Positions 1 to 9,682 of a DNA stretch of 64,000 nt are shown one piece after another (positions within the stretch are counted from its first letter, which is position 1; the number at the start of each line of letters is the position of its first letter). The position numbers and the translations under genes were made by a program. The stretch comes from Cenarchaeum sp. (GTDB lineage: Archaea; Thermoproteota; Nitrososphaeria; Nitrososphaerales; Nitrosopumilaceae), in NCBI GenBank assembly GCA_963693095.2, contig OY843768.1, positions 320,001 through 384,000 on the forward strand. The letters are read 5' to 3'. The notes beneath the pieces are model-generated. The model was not told the DNA's origin, did not search any database, and saw nothing but the letters and a program-made list of their open reading frames with translations.

Positions 1-171
1 AAACAGCCTCCCGACTGTCTCGGGGGTGGGTTCGGCAAACCATGACACGCCGCCCTGCCCGTCGTCGAGCTTTGAGGGCGCATGAACCGTCCAGTCCGGA
101 TAGAGCTCACCCAGGCGCCTTCCGGTCTTTACGCCGTTCTTTGTGATCGCGACAACTGCGACTCGCTCCAT
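1..171 (-). CDS. cbiG: Cobalamin biosynthesis protein CbiG, N-terminal part (runs off the window start)
   Basis: Not in the ORF track. My translation from ATG at 171 is MERVAVVAITKNGVKTGRRLGELYPDWTVHAPSKLDDGQGGVSWFAEPTPETVGRLF, which resembles the CbiG N-terminus (AVxAITKNG). It follows cbiD on the same strand, with a TATA-like ATATTATA at ~193-200. Confidence 0.8.
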   Translation of the reverse strand, partial: MERVAVVAITKNGVKTGRRLGELYPDWTVHAPSKLDDGQGGVSWFAEPTPETVGRLF

Positions 172-201
172 GCCGCAGCGCGCGCGTGTTGGTATAATAT
201 C

Positions 202-1284
202 CTATTCTGGCGGCCACTCGGCGAGAACCCCGCCGTCAAAGCCAAAGAGCGTGACCCTCACGGCGAGCCCGCCCCCGCAGTGGCCATACATCTCGGCGTG
301 CGCACGGCGCGCTATTCCCCCAAAAAAGCCGTCGATCTTGCGTTCTGTGGCGATCTCTCCGGCATGCCTGGCCGTGTTGGCCGCGGCGATCGCATCGACG
401 GCCTCTGCGCCGGCGCCGCACTCGCGCGCTATGCCGGCGAGAAACCCCATGTCCACCTTTGAGCCCTTGACGTGCGTCTGCTTTACGCCTGCGGCGATTT
501 TGGCGAGCTTGCCGACAAACCCGACGACATGCGCACTGCGTATGCCGGACTTTGCGCACTGGCGTATGGCATACCCGCCAAAGTCGCCCATCTGCACATA
601 GCAGTGGTCATTGAGCGATACGATGCGCCTCGCATACTCCTCGCTGCGCCCACCCGTGCTGAGGACTACATCCGTCTCGCCCATTGCCACTGCCACGTCG
701 ATGTTTTGTCGTATCGACGCCGCAAAGGCCGCAGTCGAGAACGGGACGACAATCCCGCTCGTTCCCAGTATGGATATGCCGCCGACTATGCCGAGCCGTG
801 GGTTGTCCGTCCTTGCGCCAATCTCCGCGCCGCCTGCGACTGACACGGTGACCCTGACGCCGTGGGTTGCTAGCTGCGCTGCGCCTGCCTCGCGCACGCC
901 GCCCTCGATCATGGTGCGCGGCACGGGATTTATGGCCGCCTTGCCGATCTCGAGGCCGAGTCCGGGCTTTGTGACTGTCCCGACACCCTCGCCTCCGAGT
1001 ATCTCGACGGCTCCTGCATCACCGACAAGCTCGCACTCTACGGCAATCTCGGCGCCATGCGTCACGTCAGGATCATCACCGCCGTCCTTTATGACGGTGC
1101 ATCTCGCGCGCTCTGGAGAGAACTCGCACGTCGCTATCGCTATCTTGATCGAGCCGCCGCGCGGGAGCGGAACGTCGACTGTGTCGGTGCGCGACTGTGA
1201 TGCGATGCTTGCCATGCACGCGCGCGCCGCCGCTGCCGCTGACGTTCCGGTCGTAAACCCCGTGCGCATCCCCTTTTTGCCCAA
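202..1284 (-). CDS. cbiD: Cobalt-precorrin-5B C1-methyltransferase CbiD
   Basis: Motifs RTGFTTGTSAAAAA, KDGGDDPDVTHG, GVGTVTKPGL, AINPVPR, T.NPRLGIVGGISILGTSGIV.PFS. Start trimmed from the ORF-track 1722 to TTG 1284 (MGKKGMRTGF), about 30 nt after an AT-rich box. Confidence 0.95.
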   Translation of the reverse strand: MGKKGMRTGFTTGTSAAAAARACMASIASQSRTDTVDVPLPRGGSIKIAIATCEFSPERARCTVIKDGGDDPDVTHGAEIAVECELVGDAGAVEILGGEGVGTVTKPGLGLEIGKAAINPVPRTMIEGGVREAGAAQLATHGVRVTVSVAGGAEIGARTDNPRLGIVGGISILGTSGIVVPFSTAAFAASIRQNIDVAVAMGETDVVLSTGGRSEEYARRIVSLNDHCYVQMGDFGGYAIRQCAKSGIRSAHVVGFVGKLAKIAAGVKQTHVKGSKVDMGFLAGIARECGAGAEAVDAIAAANTARHAGEIATERKIDGFFGGIARRAHAEMYGHCGGGLAVRVTLFGFDGGVLAEWPPE

Positions 1285-1443
1285 CGTGCGCCATGGGGAG
1301 CCACCTTGTGTAATATCTCTTGGCGCGCAGTGGGCGCCTTTTGGCGCGCCTGGCGCGCAATTGCGTGCTGATGGCATGGCCTGGGGCGCCATGCGTGGCA
1401 CGCGTGCTCGCCGGTTATGGGACAACGCCCGCATGGCAGAGCC

Positions 1444-1450
1444 TTTAAAA
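1444..1450 (+). promoter_or_regulatory. Archaeal TATA box of the epimerase gene
   Basis: TTTAAAA about 24 nt upstream of GTG 1474 in otherwise GC-rich DNA. Confidence 0.55.
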
Positions 1451-1473
1451 TCGCCCCGCCTGCGTCGTGCCCC

Positions 1474-2304
1474 GTGCGCAGCGGCATTGCGGTAACTGGC
1501 GCGACGGGGTATGTGGGAAAGAACCTGCGCCGCCTCTTGGCGCGCCGACGAATTCCGGCAGTCTGCCTCTCTAGGAAAAAGTTTGCCGCACGCCGCACGG
1601 AGACTGCCGTGCGGTCCGGTGACTGGACCTCTGCGCGCGCCACATCTGCGCTGCGCTCGTGCCGCGCAATGGTCCACCTTGCCGGAGTCGGCAGGCATTC
1701 GGGTCCCGGAGGCTATGCGCAAAATGTTGCGCTCGCCGAGGCTGCCGTCCTGGCGTGCCGGCAGGCGCGCATCCCAAAGATCGTCTTTGTCAGCGGGCTT
1801 GGGGCCGACTCGGCGGCGACGGGATACTTTGCCTCAAAGCTTGCCGCCGAGCGGGCCATATCGTCCTCACGCGTTGCGCACGCGATATTTCGCGCCTCGT
1901 ACATTGTGGGCCGGCAGGACGCGCTGAGCTCAAAGATACGGCGCATGGCGCGCTCTGGGGGGGTCGTCGTGCCGGGCAGCGGGCGCTATGAGATACAGCC
2001 GATCCATGTCGATGACGCGTGCGCCGTCCTGCTCGGCGAGGCGCTGCGCGCCGGCGGCGCGCGCACGCTTGACCTTGTTGGGCCCCGGCGCGTGGCATAT
2101 GGCCGCTTTGCGGCAATGCTCGCCGGCACACGTTCCGTGCGCAGGGTCACGATGGAGTCTGCGCTGCGCGATGCCGCACGCAGCGCCAGCGCGCCGTATG
2201 ACATTGACGAGCTGGCCATACTCGCCGGCAGCTTTGTCGGCGACCATGATGCGCTCCGGCGCTCCTCGGGACTAGAGTTCTGCGACCTGCGCGAGATGCT
2301 ATAG
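1474..2304 (+). CDS. NAD(P)-dependent epimerase/dehydratase (atypical SDR, NDUFA9-like)
   Basis: Rossmann motif [19 protein letters not shown] (YFASK), QPIHVDD, LVGP. Start moved to GTG 1474 behind the TATA box. Confidence 0.85.
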   Translation: MRSGIAVTGATGYVGKNLRRLLARRRIPAVCLSRKKFAARRTETAVRSGDWTSARATSALRSCRAMVHLAGVGRHSGPGGYAQNVALAEAAVLACRQARIPKIVFVSGLGADSAATGYFASKLAAERAISSSRVAHAIFRASYIVGRQDALSSKIRRMARSGGVVVPGSGRYEIQPIHVDDACAVLLGEALRAGGARTLDLVGPRRVAYGRFAAMLAGTRSVRRVTMESALRDAARSASAPYDIDELAILAGSFVGDHDALRRSSGLEFCDLREML

Positions 2305-3462
2305 GCCGGCGGCGCCACGAAGCGCGTCCACCATGTCCGTGCGCTCCCACGTAAAGCCCTCGCCGCTGCGTCCAAAGTGGCCATACGCCGCAGTCTGCGC
2401 GTATATTGGCCTCTTGAGGTCAAGCCTCGATATTATCGCAGACGGCCTCATGTCAAACGTGCTTCGCGCGCACTCCTCTATGCGCGTCTCGGGCAGCTTT
2501 TCTGTCCCAAACGCGTTGACCATGAGCGACACGGGCTCGGCCACTCCTATGGCATAGGCGACCTGGACCTCGCACCTTGAGGCAAGGCCGGCGGCGACTA
2601 TGTTCTTTGCGACATAGCGGCACATATAGCACGCCGAGCGGTCGACCTTTGAGGGATCCTTGCCAGAGAACGCGCCGCCGCCATGCCTGCCAAACCCGCC
2701 GTACGTGTCGACGATTATCTTTCTGCCAGTCACTCCGGCGTCCCCGTGCGGGCCGCCTATCTCAAACTTGCCGGTTGGATTGACGTGAATGTCAATCCCG
2801 TCGCGCCAGAGCTCCCCGCACGATGGCGTGATCACCCTAGAGACGACCGTGTCGCGTATCTCCTCGTTTGAGACGTCTGGCGCGTGCTGCGTCGAGACCA
2901 CTACTGCATCGATGCCAGTCGGCCTGTTGTCCTCGTACATTACTGACACCTGCGACTTGCCATCAGGGCGCATCCACGGCACCTCGCCGGACTTGCGCAG
3001 CTCTGAGAGGCGGCGCGTCATTGCGTGCGCCATCATTATCGGCATTGGCATGAGCTCTGGCGTCTCGTCAGTCGCATACCCGAACATGAGTCCCTGGTCA
3101 CCGGCACCCTGCTCGCCATTGCCGGCCGTGACCCCGCGGCTAATGTCCGGACTCTGGGGATGGAGCCTCATGTCGACCTTGCACGAGTCAGCGTCAAACT
3201 CTAGTGCGGGATCGTTGTAGCCTATGTCGCGCACGGTCCTCCTCACGATCTCTTCTTGCTCGGCCTCGCCAATCCTTGCGCGCGTCGTGACCTCGCCGGC
3301 AACGGCGATAAACCCCGTCGTTATCAGCGTCTCGACGGCGACCCTCGAGTCGGGGTCCCCGGCAATGAACGCGTCGACTAGCGCGTCTGATATCTGGTCA
3401 CATATCTTGTCGGGATGACCCTCCGTGACGGATTCGGAGCTAAACTGGGATCTGCGCGCCAT
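2299..3462 (-). CDS. metK: S-adenosylmethionine synthetase (bacterial/eukaryotic type)
   Basis: [87 protein letters not shown]. Confidence 0.97.
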   Translation of the reverse strand: MARRSQFSSESVTEGHPDKICDQISDALVDAFIAGDPDSRVAVETLITTGFIAVAGEVTTRARIGEAEQEEIVRRTVRDIGYNDPALEFDADSCKVDMRLHPQSPDISRGVTAGNGEQGAGDQGLMFGYATDETPELMPMPIMMAHAMTRRLSELRKSGEVPWMRPDGKSQVSVMYEDNRPTGIDAVVVSTQHAPDVSNEEIRDTVVSRVITPSCGELWRDGIDIHVNPTGKFEIGGPHGDAGVTGRKIIVDTYGGFGRHGGGAFSGKDPSKVDRSACYMCRYVAKNIVAAGLASRCEVQVAYAIGVAEPVSLMVNAFGTEKLPETRIEECARSTFDMRPSAIISRLDLKRPIYAQTAAYGHFGRSGEGFTWERTDMVDALRGAAGL

Positions 3463-3477
3463 GCGGGCTTGCACCGC

Positions 3478-3720
3478 CTAGAGGTCCTTTTCGAGCTTTA
3501 TGAACAGGACATTGTTCCCGCGCAGTATGGCGCGCGCATAGTTGGCCACCGGCTTGCCATCGCGCAGCTCCTTGGCGTCAGTCATTATGAGGTTCATGTA
3601 CGTGTCGACGCTGTCCATCCTGCCCTTGTACTCTGTCTCGTTCTTTAGCCTCACGACGACCTGCTTCTTGGTGCACTTTTGGAGCGTTGGGAGCGGCCGC
3701 TTGCCCTGGGTTGATGACAC
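3478..3720 (-). CDS. Sm/Lsm family RNA-binding protein
   Basis: RPL..L...V.VRLKN..EY.G.M...D.YMNL.M.DA.E and Sm2 motif ILRGNNVLFI. Likely start is GTG 3720 after SD-like AGTGAT; ATG 3741 or 3750 is possible. Confidence 0.92.
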   Translation of the reverse strand: MSSTQGKRPLPTLQKCTKKQVVVRLKNETEYKGRMDSVDTYMNLIMTDAKELRDGKPVANYARAILRGNNVLFIKLEKDL

Positions 3721-3798
3721 TATGACATCACTTGAGCGCATGGACCGCATGGTAGGTTAAAAGCCTTTATGCAAATCCCGGTGCAACCGCTTTAAGAG

Positions 3799-4488
3799 TT
3801 GGGCACGCCGGCCCATGATGCCTTGGGAGAGCCCACCGGATTCACCCGCCTCGACTCGCTGCTAGGCGGCGGCCTGGGCGCCGGCGCGATCACTGACGTT
3901 TATGGGGCCGCCGGCTGCGGCAAGACGCAGCTCGTAAAGCAGGCTGCGGCCTCGTGCCTCGCGCGCGGCCGGCGCGTCGCCATGGTCGACACGACGGGCA
4001 AGTTCCGCCCCGAGAGGGTCCTGGCGATGCTGCGCGCCATGGGCTGCGCAGACGGCGCGCTTGGGCGCCTAGATGTCATTCGCGCAACTGGCGCGTCTGA
4101 GCAGGCCGCCTCGACTGCGACCCTGGCGTCTTCGGGAGCAAGCCTCGTCATCATCGACAGCGCATCTGACCTGTTCTCCCTAGAGTATGGCCGTGAGGCC
4201 CAAATCCCAGAAAAGAACTCGCTGTTCATGGTGTACATGCGCGGCCTGGCCGACCTTGCGCTGCGCCTCTCGATCCCAATTGTCATCACCAACATGATCC
4301 GCGAGTTTGACGGAGTCGAGCGCGAGAACCTGCAGGCGTCGATCAGGCAGTTTGCGCACGCGAGGATCCGCCTCTCGCGCACCGGCGGGCGCTATTCGGG
4401 AAGCGTCATGCTGCCCGGCCGAACCCTGGCGTTCGGATACCGCATAGGCGAGGCTGGCCTGTGCGATGACGCTGCCCAAGATATTTAA
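3799..4488 (+). CDS. RadA/Rad51 paralog (RadB-like recombination ATPase without the N-terminal HhH domain)
   Basis: TGF..LD.LLGGG, Walker A GAAGCGKT, VDTTGKFRPER, Walker B LVIIDS, IVITN; only about 229 aa. Confidence 0.85.
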   Translation: MGTPAHDALGEPTGFTRLDSLLGGGLGAGAITDVYGAAGCGKTQLVKQAAASCLARGRRVAMVDTTGKFRPERVLAMLRAMGCADGALGRLDVIRATGASEQAASTATLASSGASLVIIDSASDLFSLEYGREAQIPEKNSLFMVYMRGLADLALRLSIPIVITNMIREFDGVERENLQASIRQFAHARIRLSRTGGRYSGSVMLPGRTLAFGYRIGEAGLCDDAAQDI

Positions 4489-4516
4489 CTCGCCGCGCGC
4501 GCCGCACGGCGAGAGC

Positions 4517-4636
4517 TTGGCAGGAATCTTTGACGCAATACCCGCACTCGCCCTGGTCCTCTTTGTGGCGGGACTAGTGGGCGCTATGGCTTATGAGAGG
4601 TTCAGGCCAAAGGGGACACGGGCGGGTTCAGACTGA
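4517..4636 (+). CDS. Putative 39-aa single-pass membrane micro-protein
   Basis: Below the ORF-track cutoff. TTG 4517 to TGA 4636 reads MAGIFDAIPALALVLFVAGLVGAMAYERFRPKGTRAGSD: a hydrophobic helix then a basic tail. TATA-like ATATTTAA at 4481-4488 lies ~29 nt upstream. Confidence 0.55.
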   Translation: MAGIFDAIPALALVLFVAGLVGAMAYERFRPKGTRAGSD

Positions 4637-7346
4637 GCCGCGCTTTGCCGCGGCGTTTCGCTCCCTGGGCTTTGAGCGCCTGACGCCAATACAGGCAAAG
4701 GCGATCCCGACAATTGCGCAAAAGCGCGACACGCTCGTCATTGCGCCGACGGGCTCAGGCAAGACAGAGTGCTCGGTCATACCGGTCTTTGCCGGCGTGT
4801 CGCGCACGAAAAAAAGGGGCCGCACAAAGGTCCTCTATGTGACGCCGCTGCGCGCGCTAAACAAGGACGTCTTTAGGAGGATAGGGCGCTATGCAGAGGC
4901 CGCGCAACTGTCGATGGCCATACGCCATGGCGACACGCCCCAGTCAGCGCGCCGCAAGATTACGGCAAACCCGCCTGACGTGCTTATCACGACGCCCGAG
5001 ACGCTCGTGGTCCTCCTCTCACAGGAGCGCATCCTCGAGGCCCTCTCGGAGCTAGAGTGGATCATCATAGACGAGGTCCACGAGCTGCTGCCAAGTGAGC
5101 GTGGCGCGCAGCTCGCAATGAGCATGGAGCGCCTGGCCCTCAACTCCTCGCGCGAGCTCACGCGCGTGGGCCTCTCGGCGACCGTTGGCAACACCGGCGA
5201 GGCCGCAAAGCTCGTCTCGGGGACCTCGCGCAGGTGCAGGATTGTGCGCGACCGCTCGATTCGCCGCTATGACGTTGACGTGATGCTCGTCGAGGGCGGC
5301 CTACCTAGCGTCGCCGACGAGATAGTGCGCGTTGCCGGCCCCACTGCGCGCTCCTCGCCGGTCCTCCTCTTTACCAACACGCGCGGCGAGGCCGAGCTAC
5401 TTGCCGCACTCCTGCGCGAGAGGGCCGCCGGAATCGCCATCGACTTGCATCACGGTTCGCTCTCGCGCGCCGTGCGCGAGGAGAGCGAGGGTGCGCTGCG
5501 CGAGGGGCGCGGGGGCATCGTCGTGTGCACGTCGTCCCTCGAGCTGGGCCTTGACATTGGTTCAGTTGATCTCGTGGTCCACTATGGCTCACCGCGGCAG
5601 GTCTCGCGACTCGTCCAGAGGATCGGGCGCAGCAGGCATGCCGGCTCGCAGTCTGCAAGGGGAATAATCATCGCGCCGGGGCCAGATGACTATATGGAGG
5701 CGCGCGCCATACTCGACAGGGCGCGCGAGGGCTCGATCGAGGACCAGTCGGTCCACCATGGAGCCCTTGACGTGCTCGCGCACCACCTAGTCGGCATGAC
5801 GCTGCAGCTCGGCACGGTCAGCGTCGGCCTCGCCCTTGACACGGCCCGTCGCGCGTACCCCTTTCGCGGCCTCACGCACGATGACCTCCTTCGCACGCTT
5901 GGGATGCTAGAGTCGGCCTCGCTCATCTCGCTTGACCGCAAGTCAATGTCGTTCCGGCGCCTCGCGCGCACCCTGCGCTACCACTATGAGAACCTCTCGA
6001 CCATTCCGGACGTGCTAAAGTTTCGCGTTATCGACACTGCGACAAACTCGTTTGTCGGCACGCTTGACCAGAGGTTTGTCGGGGACCATGGCGAGCGCGG
6101 CAACATCTTTGTCCTTCGTGGCCTGCACTGGAGAATACTCAACGTTGATGAAAAGGACCTGCGCGTCAACGTCGAGCCAAACCGCTCAGGCGGCATGACT
6201 GCGCCATACTGGGAGGGCGAGAACATTCCTGTTGACTCTGAGACTGCGCGCCGCGCCGGCGCGTTTCGCGCGCGCACCTCAGGTGCCGCCGGCAGGGCTG
6301 CATCGCGCGCCATGGCGCGCGCACCGCCTGGTGCTGCCTCTGCCTCCACAATCGTCGCCGAGTCGTGCCGAGCTGACGGCGTCGTCGTCGTCCACGCGTG
6401 CCTGGGCACGCGAATAAACGCGACGCTCGCCACGCTCCTCTCCTCGATGCTCTCCTCCATCATTGGCCGGACAGTCGAGTCGCGCTCTGATGCGTACCGG
6501 ATTGCGCTCTCCTCGCAGGCGCGAATCACCGAGGCGATGCTGCGCGATGCGCTCTGCGGCGACTATGGCGATATAGGGCCACTCGTGCAGGCCTCGCTTG
6601 CCGGCACGCACAACGTCAACTGGCGCACGTGGTGCGTCGCAAAGAGGTTTGGCATAGTCGAGCGCGGTGCGGTGTATGACCGGCGTGATGCGCGAATAAT
6701 ATACGAGCGCAACCTCTCTACACCGCTGGCGCGCGAGGCCGTGCGCGAGCTCTACCATGACAAGTACGACCTGGCCGGCACGGCCGGTGTCCTGGCCAGC
6801 ATACATGACGGCGCAACGGGCCTCGTGTGGGCCGACGTGCAGGCGTTCTCGGCGCTCGCCGAGCCGATACTCGGGCGCGCCGCATACCGCGCATCGCCCT
6901 CAAGCGTGGATCGCGGCATACTCGACATGGTTCGCGACCGCCTCCTTGGCACGACCAACCGCCTCGTGTGCGCGCGCTGCGGCATGTGGGACAGGCTCGT
7001 CGTGACATCAGAGATGAAGGCCGGCGTGTCATGCCCGCTATGCCACGCGCGCCAGGTCGCCGTCGCACACAGGGCCGATGAGGACATTGCGCGGATTATC
7101 CAGAAAAAGAGGGCGGGCCGGCCCGTCGGCGATGACGGCGAGCGCCTGTATCGCAGGGCGTGGAAGACAGCCTCGCTAGTCGAGACGTTTGGGCAGGCGG
7201 CCCTCATTGCGCTCTCCGGATATGGCGTTGGGGCCGACACGGCTGCGCGCATACTGCGCGACATGGTCGGCGAGGACGGCATCTATAGGCAGGTCTATGA
7301 GGCCGAGAGGCAGTATGTCATGACGCGCGGGTTCTGGGACGACTAG
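4593..7346 (+). CDS. lhr: Lhr-family SF2 (DEAD/DEAH-box) ATP-dependent helicase with C-terminal Zn ribbon
   Basis: APTGSGKT, YVTPLRALNKD, RHGDT, ITTPETL, IIDEVHEL, GLSATV, HHGSLS, TSSLELGLDIG, QRIGRS.H, STIPD, PYWEGE, CxxC...CPxC, GVG..TAARIL. Confidence 0.92.
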   Translation: MRGSGQRGHGRVQTEPRFAAAFRSLGFERLTPIQAKAIPTIAQKRDTLVIAPTGSGKTECSVIPVFAGVSRTKKRGRTKVLYVTPLRALNKDVFRRIGRYAEAAQLSMAIRHGDTPQSARRKITANPPDVLITTPETLVVLLSQERILEALSELEWIIIDEVHELLPSERGAQLAMSMERLALNSSRELTRVGLSATVGNTGEAAKLVSGTSRRCRIVRDRSIRRYDVDVMLVEGGLPSVADEIVRVAGPTARSSPVLLFTNTRGEAELLAALLRERAAGIAIDLHHGSLSRAVREESEGALREGRGGIVVCTSSLELGLDIGSVDLVVHYGSPRQVSRLVQRIGRSRHAGSQSARGIIIAPGPDDYMEARAILDRAREGSIEDQSVHHGALDVLAHHLVGMTLQLGTVSVGLALDTARRAYPFRGLTHDDLLRTLGMLESASLISLDRKSMSFRRLARTLRYHYENLSTIPDVLKFRVIDTATNSFVGTLDQRFVGDHGERGNIFVLRGLHWRILNVDEKDLRVNVEPNRSGGMTAPYWEGENIPVDSETARRAGAFRARTSGAAGRAASRAMARAPPGAASASTIVAESCRADGVVVVHACLGTRINATLATLLSSMLSSIIGRTVESRSDAYRIALSSQARITEAMLRDALCGDYGDIGPLVQASLAGTHNVNWRTWCVAKRFGIVERGAVYDRRDARIIYERNLSTPLAREAVRELYHDKYDLAGTAGVLASIHDGATGLVWADVQAFSALAEPILGRAAYRASPSSVDRGILDMVRDRLLGTTNRLVCARCGMWDRLVVTSEMKAGVSCPLCHARQVAVAHRADEDIARIIQKKRAGRPVGDDGERLYRRAWKTASLVETFGQAALIALSGYGVGADTAARILRDMVGEDGIYRQVYEAERQYVMTRGFWDD

Positions 7347-8749
7347 GGCGTCGTGAGGGACATTGACGAGTACGGCGTGAGCATTAGGTCGATCCTGCCC
7401 TCCATGCCGGATCGCGCATTGAGGCCGGTGATCTCGTATATCTCGCCGGGCTTGCACTTTGAGACGACGTCGGCCTGGTCACGCCACCCCTTGACCCACG
7501 CCTGGCCCGTCTTGTCCTCGACGTATATCTCGGCTAGCGCGACGGCATCGCCGCTGCGCGTCTGGATCTCGCGGCGCTCGTTGACCTTTAGGACTATGGC
7601 CTTTATGACGTACGTGCCGCCGGACTTTGCCTCCTTTATCTCGGTCCGGATCTCCTCAAGCGTTGGGACCTTTGCGTCCTCATCGCCCATGCGGCGCACA
7701 AACGAGCTAGAGTCTAGCGTTACCGAGCTGCCAAACGCAGTGGTCGGCATGAGCTCGACAATGTCGCCGGCTGCGAACTCGCCTGTCTTGTTTGCCGCAT
7801 CTGATATGAACACAATGTTCTTGGCGGCGTCTGCGCCGAGGACCATCGAGCCTGCCGTCCCCTCTGACCTTGACAGTATGCGCACAATGACGGCCTGCAC
7901 GTCATCTGTCCCGTCCATCTCTACGATCGTCGCGTCATTGCCGTGCACCTCTAGGCCCTGGTTTCCAGGCTTTGCGTCAACGCCGACTAGCCTTACCTTT
8001 GCGTTGACGGGTATCGACTTTGGCACGTCGGCCTTTCCCTTTCCCCAGAGAACCGCGCGCAGCGCGCTGCCGGACTTGCCCCTGATGCTCACCTGCATGA
8101 CCTTGCCCGGCCTGCCGTCGCTCTTTCGCGTAAACTCCCTAAACCCTATCTGCCCGTCGAGTGCGCCCCTGACGACCATGTTGCGGCCCTCCTCGGTAAC
8201 CTCGCCGGCGTCGATCTCTAGGGACTCTATTCCCCTAATGTCGCTGTCCTGGTCCTCGTCGCGCTCTAGCGTGCCGCCAGAGCCTATGTTCAGTGCCGGC
8301 GTCCCGTCGCGATCCTCCTTTACGTACGCCTTTATGATCTTGACCATGTCGCCGGACTTTATCTCCTCGATGCCCGGCAGGACCGCCTTGTCGTTCCATA
8401 GCTTTACGTTCACCCTCTCGTTGCCGTCATACACGGTCATCGTGCGTATCGATCCCTGCGAGCCGTCCTTTCCGGTGAACTGCCTGACCGGCGAGATGTT
8501 CATGACGCGCGACCTGACGGAGAGCTCCTTTGCGCCGGCCCTGATGCCCCCGAGGTCAGCTGTCGCCTCGGCACCGGCCTCAAACGTGACGCCGAGGTCA
8601 GATGCTACTAGGTGGATAGCGCCCCTCTCGGTGAGAAACCCAGCTCCGACCCTCTTCATCTTTTCTGCAATCATCTCGTCTAGCGCGGCCCGCGTGATCT
8701 CGGGGCGCGACTCTAGGACCGAATTGACAGCATCCTCGTATTCGCCCAT
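7343..8749 (-). CDS. rpa: Replication protein A / multi-OB-fold ssDNA-binding protein
   Basis: N-terminal K...GAGFLTE.GA..LVA..LGV, then OB folds with R.F..KDG..G, V.D....VKLW, RAVLWG and EDKTG..WVKGW. Start at ATG 8749. Confidence 0.88.
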   Translation of the reverse strand: MGEYEDAVNSVLESRPEITRAALDEMIAEKMKRVGAGFLTERGAIHLVASDLGVTFEAGAEATADLGGIRAGAKELSVRSRVMNISPVRQFTGKDGSQGSIRTMTVYDGNERVNVKLWNDKAVLPGIEEIKSGDMVKIIKAYVKEDRDGTPALNIGSGGTLERDEDQDSDIRGIESLEIDAGEVTEEGRNMVVRGALDGQIGFREFTRKSDGRPGKVMQVSIRGKSGSALRAVLWGKGKADVPKSIPVNAKVRLVGVDAKPGNQGLEVHGNDATIVEMDGTDDVQAVIVRILSRSEGTAGSMVLGADAAKNIVFISDAANKTGEFAAGDIVELMPTTAFGSSVTLDSSSFVRRMGDEDAKVPTLEEIRTEIKEAKSGGTYVIKAIVLKVNERREIQTRSGDAVALAEIYVEDKTGQAWVKGWRDQADVVSKCKPGEIYEITGLNARSGMEGRIDLMLTPYSSMSLTTP

Positions 8750-8967
8750 GCAGGGGGCACTCGATCCGCCTTGCAATATTAACCGATCCCGGCGTGCGTG
8801 GGCCAGTGGCGGGATCTCCTACCGACGCCTGTGCGGCATCACCGTGCGGCTTTGCCCGCGGGCACGCATGGCTGCGATCAGGTCGTGGGCTGCAGGACGC
8901 CTGTGGGCGCCCTGCCCACGCCTGATTATCAAGTTACGGTTATATTCCGCGCCGATGGCGGCTTGCC

Positions 8968-9282
8968 ATGGTTGACGCGACCATGATCGTAGGAACTGCC
9001 ACAGTGGCGATCACGATGATCGGCGTACTTTCGTACATTGCGTTTGAGTGGCGCAAGAGCTCACGTTATTCTGAGGCGAAGCGCCAGGCCGAGCGGGAGG
9101 CAGGCCGCAAGGAGCTCTTGAGCGTTATAGCGGAAGACCGCAAGGAGAGACGGGCGAGGGATTTAATCGTGGACGCCAAGTTCGCAGATGTCTGCGATCG
9201 CCTTACTAGACTCGAGACAAGGTTTGATGATCACTTTGGTGTGACGACTAGCACTGAGGGTCACCCTGGAGCCAGGACATAG
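8968..9282 (+). CDS. Hypothetical protein: N-terminal TM helix plus charged coiled-coil
   Basis: Hydrophobic MIVGTATVAITMIGVLSYIAF then an E/R-rich helix ending RLTRLETRFD. TATA-like TTATAT at ~8940-8945. Confidence 0.65.
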   Translation: MVDATMIVGTATVAITMIGVLSYIAFEWRKSSRYSEAKRQAEREAGRKELLSVIAEDRKERRARDLIVDAKFADVCDRLTRLETRFDDHFGVTTSTEGHPGART

Positions 9283-9582
9283 GTGCAGCTTGTCGGTATG
9301 GCGTTTCACTACCTTGGCATGCAGGTTGCGGACATATTCCGTATCGTGAGGCTGGATGCGAGCGACGAGTTTGTGACGATGATAATGTACGTGCTGTTAT
9401 TTGCAGTGTTCGCCGCATCGGTGTTTCTTGCGGCCTCTTTCCGTTATTTCCGCATTGCCGATGAGCGGGATGCAAAGCGCTGGGCCGAGCGGGATGCAAA
9501 GCGCCTGGCTGAGCGAGAGGCAGACCGCAGGGATCTCTCAAACACTGACGTAAGACCGCCAGGAACGCCAGAAGAGGTATAG
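9283..9582 (+). CDS. Hypothetical membrane protein with ERDAKR repeats
   Basis: Abuts the previous stop. TM segment IMYVLLFAVFAASVFLAASF followed by ERDAKRWA-ERDAKRLA-EREADRR. Start uncertain. Confidence 0.6.
   Translation: MQLVGMAFHYLGMQVADIFRIVRLDASDEFVTMIMYVLLFAVFAASVFLAASFRYFRIADERDAKRWAERDAKRLAEREADRRDLSNTDVRPPGTPEEV
9463..9528 (+). repeat. 24-bp coding tandem repeat, ~2.7 copies
   Basis: GAGCGGGATGCAAAGCGC at 9463 and 9487, with a degenerate copy at 9511. Confidence 0.8.
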
Positions 9583-9682
9583 TGTTTTATGATGATTGCA
9601 AGATGGTTACGTACACGTCAATACTGTGGTGACTATGGTATGTGTATTTTGAGCAACCCTGACTCGCGACGCAATTGCGTTA

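Noticed and set aside
1285-1722. 146-aa N-terminal extension of CbiD in the ORF track
   Set aside because: Overlaps the divergent epimerase gene and its TATA box; CbiD similarity begins at RTGFTTG.
2299-3462. Bacterial-type metK in an archaeon as a recent horizontal transfer
   Set aside because: To my knowledge this type is usual in this archaeal lineage; codon usage matches neighbours and it sits in a housekeeping cluster.
7353-8975. 540-aa plus-strand ORF
   Set aside because: Antisense to the clearly recognisable RPA gene; Ser/Pro-rich with no motifs.
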